From: Leucoraja erinacea
Lineage: Eukaryota
Direction: 5' to 3'
NCBI RefSeq assembly: GCF_028641065.1
Contig: NC_073386.1
Location: forward strand, 56,358,001-56,422,000
DNA length: 64,000 nt
Every line of letters starts with the position of its first letter. Positions within the stretch are counted from its first letter, which is position 1. This document shows, one piece after another, positions 36,063 to 47,200 of this stretch. The notes under the pieces were generated by a model. That model was not told the DNA's origin, ran no database searches, and was given only the letters and a program-made list of their open reading frames with translations. A program made the translations under genes and the position numbers.

Positions 36063-39000
36063 GTTTGGACATAAGCATGGATGAAGTAGTATCCTAGAGT
36101 CTTATCCAGTCTGAGGAAGGGTCCCGGCCCTACTCGTTGTTTGTCTATTCCCTCCGCAGATGCTGCCTGACCCGCTGAGTTCCCCCAGCACTTTGTGCTT
36201 TGCTCAAGATGCAAACATCTGCAGTTCCCCGTGGCTCCATTTTACTGCTCCATTTGTATACCAGCTTTGAAGAAGTTCTCCTCTTCTCTTCAGTGGCCAG
36301 ACCCTTTCTTACTGCACCCACTCCGTGATTCCTGCTGCTGCTACTGGTCTGGAGAAGGGAGGGTAGAGCCAAGGAACTGCAGATGCTGGTTTATACCAAA
36401 GAGAGACACAAAGTATTGGAATAACTCAGCGGGTCAGCGAGTCTCATCAGAAACGTGACCCATCCTTTTTCTCCGAGGATGCTGACTAATCCGCGGAGTT
36501 CCTCCAGCATTATGTGTCTATCTGAAGAAGGAAAGGTCCTGTCCCGACGCTTCATCCGTCCATTTCCCTCCACAGATGCTGCCTGACCCGATGGGTTTTT
36601 TTTCCCTTGCACTTGATATTTTGCTCAAGATCCCAGCGTCTGCAATTCGTTGTGGCTCGTGTCCCGGATAGGTTCGATACAGTCCTTGGTTGGTCGACCA
36701 ACGGCGGTGGGAGGGGTGGGAGACTAGTGAAAGGCTCATTGCTTAACTGGAGACTTCTCCCTCTCTGGTGACGGCCCGGATTCCGGTTGCAAGGAGGGGG
36801 GGGGGGGGGGGGGGGGGGAGACGAGGAACTAGACAACATGACTTCACAGTTTGGTGCGCTCTGTATAAAACACGTTGCACAAGAAAGAGGCGATGCGTGG
36901 AAGTACGGATTCTGTGATCACAAAGCGCTGGCCGAACGCAGCGGGTCAGGCAGCATCTGTGTGGGGCGATGGACATACATGTTTTTGTCCGAGTGACTCC
37001 GCCTGTGCATAGTCTACCTCCTGTGATGGGAGCAGAGAGATCGGGAAAGGGGAGGGGATGGCAGAGATATTGAGAGACTGGATGTTAGCTGTAAATTTGA
37101 CTAAATGAAGGGGTTCTGCGAGGGCGGTGTGGCAGAGAAATATCCCGGGAATGGTGCCAGGGTCTGTTTGGAAAAAGCTGCACAATAACACCAAGGAACT
37201 TGAAGGAGTCAAAGTCACTCGACTAACAAATTAAATGTCATTTAATCCCTTTATTTACTTTTCGGGTGAAATTGGATTGGCTCGTGATTGCAACCTTTGA
37301 AATATTCCAACTGGGTGTATAACGCCAAGAGTAAGAGGAACTCAGCGGGTCGGGCAGCATTTGGGTTCCTGTAGCATTTTGCGTTTTCGTCAAGAATCCC
37401 GCATCTGCAGTTTCTTGTGTCTGGCCTTATGCAGAGATGCTTACAATTCTTAGTGGTATAATTTACACTGTCCACCCAACACTACGGGACCAATAACGTT
37501 GGGGAGGCCTAGGCGGGGGTGGTAGCGTTGCCCACACTTCCCCCCCCCCCCCCCCCCCCCCCCCACCCTGCCCGGTGGTGACATGGCAGAATGACTGTCC
37601 GTACAACTTGCTCCTGTGCTACTGCCCCCAAGCACACGGGCAATACTCTCTTGGTTATCCCTGCATGGCCTGTCACTTCGACACGGTTGAGTTTCTCCTA
37701 CATCTTCCCGGTCCAGCCGTGAATAACGGGAGAACGTTCAGACTGCAGACACCGGGAACTGCAGATGCCGGTTTACCAAAAAAAAAAAGATACACGTGCT
37801 GGAGTGACTCAGTGGGTCAGATAGCATCTCTGGAGAACATGGGTAGGGGATATTTCACAAAGTACTGGAGTAACTCAGCGGGTCAGGCAGCATCTCTGGA
37901 GAACATGGACAGGATCAATTCCCATCGCAGATCCACTGCGTGTACAAGGCGTCGAGGTGGAGTCTACCTGGCCCAAGAGCCGAGAGGAATTGCTCTGATA
38001 GGGTCACACAGGAGCTCTCACGCCCGTACATGGGAGACACAGGCCTCGGATCTGCAGTGTTACACATCCCCTCCGCTCTGGGAGATGCTGGTGGGAGAGG
38101 ACTCGCAAATAAATATCCGTGATGGGGTCGGGCGCAGCGCTCTCACTGTGTACGGGTGGGAATAACGCGCAACTTCCCGCTAAAGCGATGCTGAACTCCG
38201 GAGACCAGATTTTGTTGGCAGTTTGTAGCCGGCGCCATGACAACCCGTCTCTGCTCGTTTACCGCTGATCCGTTCTCAGTTGATTTATTTATTTTTCTTG
38301 TAAGGGGGAACTCCATTAATCTACTCTGGGAAGGCGAAGGGAAGCTTTGAGTGGCGCGGAGCTACGGTGTGTAAGCGGTATAACAACTCTTGCAGTGAAG
38401 CTGAAACACACACTTGTGGTGCTATATGGATGAACACCAAAAACAAAACAGCATTTAATCGTGCCTGGTGATAGGTGGAGTAGCATAAGTGTGTATACTT
38501 TAGATACTACTTTAACATTGGGAGTGGCTTTCTTGGTTGAGCGCTTATCCTTGTTTATAGCACAAGTAATTTGTGCTTTAATAGTCATTCAAACTCTCAT
38601 TTCTCCAGTATTTCCCGATTTATATGGAGGAATATTATCCATAAAGTAAGATTAATTCCAGGACTAACCCTTCTCATGTAACCAATGGCGGGGGAGATGT
38701 GCAATGTCAATGGGCGAGGGTGGTCGGGGTGTTACAATAGACAGCTGTAGTTTCCGTGTGTGGGTATGTAACTGTAAGAGAGAGAGAGAGTGCGTGTGTA
38801 TGTATGTGTCTNNNNNNNNNNNNNNNNNNNNNNNNNNNNNNNNNNNNNNNNNNNNNNNNNNNNNNNNNNNNNNNNNNNNNNNNNNNNNNNNNNNNNNNNN
38901 NNNNNNNNNNNNNNNNNNNNNNNNNNNNNNNNNNNNNNNNNNNNNNNNNNNNNNNNNNNNNNNNNNNNNNNNNNNNNNNNNNNNNNNNNNNNNNNNNNTA

Positions 39001-41470
39001 TGTGCGTCTGTGCGGGCGTGTGTGAGAGAGAGGGCGAGAAAGAGCAAACCCATCTTTGCGGGAGAGTAACCCATCTTGCTCCGCTATAAGATATTTGAGA
39101 GAGAGTGTGTGTGTGTATATGTGTGTGCGTGCGGGTGTTGTTTCGTTGTGACTTTGAGTTGATCAGGGAGATTATCAGGATCCAGGGTCCGACTGATTTG
39201 CAAAGCCTTCAACACGTCCGGCCCTTGTCATAGCTGCCTCCCATTATCCGGCAACAGTATAAAAGATAACGTTTTCTGTTTAATAGACTACCGTCTCCTC
39301 TGTGATGAGCAACAGTCACTGTAAACACTGTGCGATTTCACATTTAAGAGTTCAGAACACAAAAAGTAGAGAAACTATTAGCTCTGTAAAGCGTCTAAAG
39401 GGAGGGAGGTGGTGATAGTTGTCTGTGACTGCGACAATTATACCGGACACGTCTTTGATTTCATTTTACCATTTACTTCTATTTCGGGATGACGATGTTA
39501 TAGAAGATAATGTGTATTGTGGTCTGCCGTATTCCCCAAAGTTATTATTCTTGCATTCCACTGCTATAACATAAAACAGTGGAATCAGCCGTTTGATCTC
39601 CTGCCTGACACCATGAGAATCAAATGTTCACACGCCGGAGACTCGGAAATGTTCTAAATGTGCACGTTAATAAAATGCGAGCATTAAATAATGTCCTTTC
39701 AGTTTTTACTGTTCAAAAGTGGCAACACAGCGAAGCAGTGCTGTTTTAGACGAGATCCACGTATGGGCTGCATCTCCTGAAGACATCTTTTTGCAAAGAA
39801 GAATTCTCCATTATATCTGCACTATTTTTCAGTCTGAGGACCGATTTTCCTTTTTTAAACACCCTGTTTTGAAATGATGGCGAACTCAATGCTCGCTCTC
39901 AAGATTTTCCTGTTTTTAAACCTGGTCCTTTTTTAGGTCTTAGAACCACAGGCCGATTCAACTTTACTTTATATCAAAATGTACCAAATAGTTTAGTTTC
40001 CAACGAAGAGTGCCCCCGAATATCCAACTGTCACCGGTGTGAAGAACTATCCCAACAGGGACTGAATGTTTTTAATAAGAACAACTTTAAAAATGTCGTG
40101 CAGAACGCATAAAACAATAACAATTCGTCCCCAGTTTCATACCACTAACTATTTGTTGTTTGTGTTGCGCGAGGTTTGCAATGGTTATAACTTGAACAAT
40201 CTCCAATGTGTTTACATGTCGCATCAACTACGGGATACGTTGACATATTCTGTTGTGCTGCTGCAAGTAAGAATGACATTGTTCTCTCTGGGATATGTCA
40301 CAATAAACACACTCTTGAGTCTTGACGCTCCATAATGACGTTTGATATGGACACATTGTATCCCACAATATAGTTTCGTTTGGGATTTTTTCATCAACTA
40401 ATTTGGCCATTTGGTTGCAACATGGTCGTGGTGAATGTTTAGTGAGCTGTCATCGCTATACTGTACTAATGAACGTGGAATGCGCCGTTTGATGTGCGTG
40501 GCTTTGCAATAAAGAAATACTGGCAAATGTTCCCCAACATTTAAAGGAACACAACCCCTCGTGTTCCCTTTGCTTTTTTTTAAATTTCCGATCGTCTCTA
40601 CCGTAGGAATTTAAAAAAAAACAGCTTAAGATAACTGTCTTATTAAAAGCAGAAACAGGCGTGAGTCATAATATACCGCATGGTGACACTGTCAACTGAG
40701 ACCGTTGGTAATGGTTGCGTGGTGGGAAAACTCCCAGAAACATCTGCATTAGGACATCACCCCAACAACACAACCATTAGCGTCGGTGTTCTCATGTCTA
40801 GTTTTAATATTGGAATGAATATAGAAAAAAAACCCATATGTACATATATATATATGTATCTTACAATGTATAGAGTTTTGATACTACTTTGGCATTGGGC
40901 TTGGGTTTCTTGGNNNNNNNNNNNNNNNNNNNNNNNNNNNNNNNNNNNNNNNNNNNNNNNNNNNNNNNNNNNNNNNNNNNNNNNNNNNNNNNNNNNNNNN
41001 NNNNNNNNNNNNNNNNNNNNNNNNNNNNNNNNNNNNNNNNNNNNNNNNNNNNNNNNNNNNNNNNNNNNNNNNNNNNNNNNNNNNNNNNNNNNNNNNNNNN
41101 NNNNNNNNNNNNNNNNNNNNNNNNNNNNNNNNTGTGTATGTGTGTGCATAATTCAGTTATATATTGGAATCTTGATACATATATGGACCTATGTATTCAT
41201 GGGTTCATATATGGTTCATACATATATATGTGTATATATATATTTATATATATACACATATATATGAATCCATGGTATATATACGGTCTTGAAGAGGGTG
41301 GGGGAGTGTGCGTTGTTCCAACAAATTAATCAGTTGAATATAGATGAAGCTAACAATGTATTAGCGCGTAAGTGCTTTGAGTCAGGGTGTTGCATAACAA
41401 GGACACGTTGCCTCAGAGAGGGAGTCATGTGTTGCATTAAGCAGTCGAGTGTGTTCGATACTGAAATCTG

Positions 41471-41476
41471 TTTATT
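41471..41476 (-). terminator. Candidate polyadenylation signal for the Lhx9-alpha isoform
   Basis: AATAAA on the minus strand about 650 nt after the alpha stop codon. Confidence 0.35.
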
Positions 41477-42119
41477 ACAATTAACATCAACCAATGAAAA
41501 TGTATACATCACCCAAGAACAGTACTGACAATATTACATCCGACCCTTTGATAATTAAAAGAATTTAGAGAAAGTATTATAATGGCATGCACAATGTGTC
41601 TCAGTTTTGATTTTCAACCAGCAATACCAAAGTGTCGCCTGTGGGCTGGAAGGGCTTGCGAATTTAGACTCAAAATACCTTAACATTGATAATCCCTGTT
41701 ATAAGAATGTCGCTCATAGTCATCATAACCAAATCTCCACATTACAAATGGATATCAAATTGATTACACATTTAGAATCGTATAATACAGAAAAAGCGCT
41801 GCGTTTGATCTCCGAAAAATGGTTAATTTATCGTTCAGCTTGTCTGTGCAATGACCTGTCCTAACCGCATCCTAATTCTTTCCAATTCCAGCGCACACTT
41901 TATCTTCTCTCTACATGTATGTCCACTGATAGCTTAAAAGTAAAAAATATACAACACGTTGCGTCCTACATTAGCTTAAACATTCAAGCAAATGACATTT
42001 TGGAGTCTTATTATAGTTATGTATCTGAGTAAATTTTTAGGATATTTAATTGTGTGTTAATATAGTCTTTGTCTTCACTGATGTTGAATTCCGATCAACC
42101 TTCCCCCTTCTTAAAATAC

Positions 42120-42176
42120 CTAGGGAATTTTCAAACGTCGGGAGGTGTGGCTGTAATGCCCCAAGATTTGTTCTCC
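42120..42176 (-). CDS. lhx9: lhx9 alternative last coding exon (Lhx9-alpha/noHD C-terminus GEQILGHYSHTSRRLKIP*)
   Basis: Acceptor GATTTCTTTCAG|GGA is phase 0 and matches the exon 4 donor. The 18-aa peptide is nearly identical to the mouse Lhx9-alpha tail as I recall it (GEQILGHYSQTSRRLKIP). TAG stop at 42122-42120. Confidence 0.88.
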   Translation of the reverse strand, partial: GEQILGHYSHTSRRLKIP

Positions 42177-43341
42177 CTGAAAGAAATCATAGTAACAGTT
42201 TATTAAACTACAGAGCAACCTGTCCTTACGGGGTCTTTTTGTTATGTTTTTTAACAAGGATAATATTTCCACCATTTCGTGAAAAACTATTTTGAAAAGG
42301 TAAATCTGCATTATTTGGACTTTTGGCATTATTTTTCCCTGAATCTGTAAAGTTCCAACTGATTTAGTCCCCCCTCCCCTTTAAAACAAAACTTGTGGGC
42401 CCCTAACCCACCGGAGCAGGTTTTTTAAATTCGAAGTCATTTTGGGTCTCTCTCAATCTACGCTAACAACCTGAACTTATGTGCACGCTTGCTTCCTGAT
42501 TATCTACAGCCGTGTTTCATTTACTGCGTCAAAGCACAGTTGCTTGTTTCACCTGTGTATGTCCCTGAAACATCTGTCATTTATTTCTAAATTAAGTGGC
42601 CATTCTAGAGTCGAAAATAGACAATTGAAAAAATAGAGATCGTGGAAAAGTAATGTTGGTACAAACATACAATCTATAACCTTTGAAATAAACTCGATGT
42701 GTGGTGTATTCATTTCAGGCACTTTTTATAACATTAGTGCTTTTCTGCTTGAACTGATAAAATGTTTAGTTCCTGATTTATTCATTTTAAATGGTGTTAT
42801 GTCTCTACATTCGCCTGTTTGTATTATTACCGACATTTTCTGGTTTTCAAACGAGTTTCACGCGTAAGGTCACTCGCCCGTACACAATTCACATAGACGC
42901 AGTTCGAGGAACTTATTTGACATTATAATATAAACGCCGCATGAAATAAGGCTGAACTGAAAACGATCAAACAAACTGGTTTAATCACACACTTTTAATA
43001 AGATATCACAAACGTTTGGTCCATAAATATTTAAGGGGACAACGCGCCTGTACAGTGTATTCATGTTAAAAACAAAGTAACATCAACAATCTCATCAAAA
43101 CCACTTACTGTACTAATCATAAACACGAAAATCAACAGAAGGACCTCGAACGTACTTTGCAGTACTTAACATCGGGAATACCAACTATCCTAGTGAGACA
43201 GTGTTCATATTTGCCTTGAAGGACAAATGCAAATGCCGTTTCTTTTCTTTTCAAAAACAGTTCCCCCCCCCCCCCCCCCCAAAAAAAAAAGTTTTCAGAA
43301 AAAGAGGTAACAATACAAAACTTGTGAGGTGTCAGAAGGGA

Positions 43342-44001
43342 TTTATTGTCTCTCTCTCTCTCCAAACAAGGGAAACACGTCACAAATTTTCTTCAGTAAT
43401 ATCGTAAGGCACGTGATAAAGCTGCGATGGACCTCACTCGCTAAAAAAGATCCTGTATCATGTTCCGTTCTTCCAAAGAACGCGTGGTTTTGTTTGAATA
43501 ATCTTGGCCAGATTTATTGTATTAATGTCGGTACCGAACACATGACAATAAACGCGGATAGAGGCTGGATAGGCGGTAACTGGTGAGAGCGCATGAAATT
43601 GTCTCTGTTTAAAAAAACCCTCTCCCTAAAACACAAGCCTGCAATGCAGAGGCCTCGTTAACAAAAGGTGGGCACTTTGAGCAGAGGTGAAGAAAACAGG
43701 AGTATGTTTGTATGACCAGTGTAGAGGAAAGTGAAAGTCTGAAGGAAGATATAGTTGGAAATGGGATTATATTCCAAGCGCAGTCACCACTGCACAATCC
43801 ATTGACATTGATTTCTATTTGTGTAAACTGTTTTGTTCTCTACTGTTGTAAACTAGAATTCGTCAATAAACAAAAAATATATATATTCATATCAGTTATT
43901 TAACAAAATCATCCTACACAACAAACAGGATTTGTTTTTTTTAACTTCCCAGGGATTTTTTTTCCTCTCTCTCTCTGTTGTAAAGGAATCTGCTAAAAAT
44001 G
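43342..44001 (-). other. lhx9 full-length isoform 3' UTR (minimum likely extent) with candidate AATAAA signals
   Basis: Unique AT-rich sequence after the stop; AATAAA (minus) at 43518-43513 and 43347-43342, with further ones at 42782-42777 and 42585-42580. Confidence 0.55.
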
Positions 44002-44265
44002 TTAGAAAAGGTTCGTTAAGGTAGTTTGTGAAGGACTCCCGGATTCGTGCGCGTCCAGGTTAGTGGTCACTGACGATACTACTGACAGAGTGGGATTGGT
44101 CAAGTCTGTTAAAGTGGTCGAGGTGCTGCCCGGACTGAGTGCGGCGCCGGACCTCTCTGCTGGGGGCGGGGCGGGCAGTGCTGTCCCGTCAGCTTTATCA
44201 CCACCCCCATTCTCTTGTCGCAAAAGGTTCCTTCTGAATTTGGCTCTTGCGTTTTGAAACCAAAC
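44002..44265 (-). CDS. lhx9: lhx9 exon 5 coding part, recognition helix (VWFQNARAKFRR) and C-terminus
   Basis: Acceptor TTTGCAG|GTT; ends SPSQTTLTNLF then TAA at 44004-44002. Confidence 0.97.
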   Translation of the reverse strand, partial: VWFQNARAKFRRNLLRQENGGGDKADGTALPAPPPAERSGAALSPGSTSTTLTDLTNPTLSVVSSVTTNLDAHESGSPSQTTLTNLF

Positions 44266-47200
44266 CTGCAAACCAATCCCATGTAATCTTTTTACCGATC
44301 TTTTGATGCTTTCATCTAATCACAAACCACAAATCATTGCTATAGATAGATATAGATAGATATATAGATAGATAAATTATTTAAACAGCTAAAACTATTA
44401 ATTAAATAGATCAGCATTAAATGGTCTGGGGTGCCATTGTGATATTAAAAAAACACTTAATACCATTGACTGGCCCACACAATGCTAGTTCATAACAATG
44501 GCACACATATAAAACTATTTTACCTAACGAGTTAGGAACTATAATTCTTAAAACTTAAAATGAGTTTATTCAAGCCCTATGTTGCATCCACCAGTATTCT
44601 AGCGTGGGAGGAAGTGGTGAAGGCTCTCGGTGAGTTATTTACCCCGATACCCCCCCCCCCCCCCCCCCCCTCCCTCCCCCCCCCTCCCTCCCTCCCTCCA
44701 CCCCTCCCTACCGCCTCTCTCAACTCCATGGCCCAAGAAAGTACTCCACGGCGCGGCTGCCACACGGGAGTTTATTTACCAACCATCCCAATCTCAACGA
44801 CTACCCCCCGTTTAGCCAAATGCAGCAAGTTGTAGAGATCCTACCGACTATCTACGATCAGTTAACTTTGGGAAATTAATTAAGAATGAGAGGCGTGAGC
44901 CGGTTGGAAATGCAATTTGTTCTAATGGTTAGCAAGATGGGCGAATTGTCATTTTGGGTAAGGTCTAAAATCCTTGGATTAACTCTCAGTTCTGGGTTGT
45001 GTATTCAGCGCCTAAGTCTGCAAGTGTTCATCCTATCTTGGTGTTTAAGAAGGAACTGCAGATGCTGGAAAATCGAAGGTACACAAAAATGCTGGAGAAA
45101 CTCAGCGGGTGCAGCAGCATCTATGGAGCGATGTGCTGCTGCACCCGCTGAGTTTCTCCAGCATTTTTGTGTACATCCTATCTTGGTGTTCAGTCCACCA
45201 TCCCTCAGTGCAACAAGACCGATCAAACCGGGACTTACGCCACGACAATGTTATTAATGGGACATATATTTGAAAGCGGATGAAACATAGATGCTCTCTA
45301 TACCACCCCCCTCCTTAAGCATTTGGGTTCTTGTTTTAATGTATCTGGCGCTCCCGGACGTTACTCTGTTAATGTGTCAGTACTTTGCAATTTAAAAAAG
45401 TTATCTTCTTGGTGATTACAGAACATTAAGGAAGGGAGCGGGGAAACTAGGGTTAAAATCTCCTTTGTAAATAGGAACGCGTCTTACCTGCAAAACTCTT
45501 TTGGTGAGCCCAGTTTTCTGAGCGAGTTGCTTTAAGTCTTTCGCGTCTGGGTTGTGGTTTATGGCGAAGTAGGACTTCATGGTGCGGAGCTGGTGGTGCT
45601 TGAAGGAGGTGCGCATTCGCTTGGTTTTCTGGGTCGGCGGGTAGGACTGTTGTTCCCTGTCCAAGTGGTCAGCGTCGTTCTCATTGCAGCCTAGGACGCA
45701 GAAACAGAAGCGCGCTGTGTGTTAATTGCCGCTCCCACTGAGCTCCCGCTCGCCGCTCTATCAGTTGCTGCCTGCACTAGGTGGCGCTAACTCCCCATCC
45801 TTCACCACTGGGTTCCATATCATGAGATAGTTGTAATCCATATAAATTATGGTAGAGTTTGTGTTTGCCACATAATGCCTGGGATATTGGTTAAACCCCT
45901 CTTTCTACTCTTCCTAAGGCTCCCAGATCAACCAAGCTCTCAGGAATTTTGATATTTTGGCAATCTCTCCTCAAAATATTACATTACAAATAACATGCAA
46001 AGATGGCCTTGTGCTTTGTGCGGAGTGACATGTTTTCGTACTAAACCCATGGGAGGAATCAATTTCGTTAAGTACGTTTGCTGCATTTCATTTAACTGTG
46101 TGCGATCACCGCCGGTTAAGGTTCTAATGGCGGAAACGCAATCTGATCACTACATTAAATAATTGTTGATCGCTATTTGGTATTACGTGCAGCTATACTT
46201 TTTAATTCAGTGGCCTTACTAGCAAATGCAAGATGATGCCATATTTGGAAAACTCGTTTGCTTCCCATAATGTTAATGCATTCAATGAAAGAACTTTCTT
46301 AAAATTACACATCAAACTACACATTAAATTTTTTTTTAAAGTGGATACCACACTTCCAAAAAATAGCGTATCACGTTTAAATAAATGGTTTGAGTTATTG
46401 CAAGCTTAGTGAGATTTTATTTTCGGTCACATATAATTTTACAGTGACATTAACTGTTCGTCTCACTCTGCATCAGAGTAATTTCAAAGCAAGTCTAATC
46501 TTCCGATTCTAGCTCGATCTCTTGTAAAAGGCACAGATAACTGGCGCAGCTAAGGGATCTTTCTAGCTACAGAGGCACCGGGCGCAGTTTCATTAAAAAA
46601 AACTTAAGCAACCAACTTCCCCGTTTTGAGTTTTTAAAAAGTGTGGCCTTATATCTAAACCAAGTCAGATAGTACGGGCAACGAGTGGACCGAGTGCTCC
46701 CTGACTTCTACGATTAATTTATGTTTCATTAAACGGCTTTCCTGAGTTTCATTTTAGCCCATTTTAATTTTAATTGGACATGCATGGTAAATGGTTGGAA
46801 TTTGCAATTACATACGCAAAGGTTAGCATTAACAATCTAATGCTATATTTGCAAATCCATTATGAAAGTATTAAGAATCTCCAACAAAGTCACTATTAAA
46901 AAAATACTGCCTATTTATAAAATGTCTAACTGCCCACAAAGAAATTGTGTTTTTACATTGTTTATTTGTCCATTCTGTGCAAAACCAACCGTCTATCTAC
47001 ACAAAGTACTGAAATACCAGCTATGCAAAGTGGTTTTACACGGTATGAACAAAAACGCTTTTCTTGCTGTCAAATACACTCTAATACGAAATGAATGAAC
47101 ATTTAAAGACGTATTAATTGGCATTAGGCGAAAATGAATGATAACTCCAAAGGGGTAGACCAATGAGTATCTACAATTGTGGTCCTTTAAGTTACGGTAC

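Noticed and set aside
37575-38165. 196-aa ORF
   Set aside because: Largely built from two hammerhead-family repeat tails (WSNSAGQAASLENM); no domain or splice support.
38664-41329. ORFs spanning N-runs (also near 23285-23927 and 59373-60013)
   Set aside because: Their length is an artefact of translating n characters.
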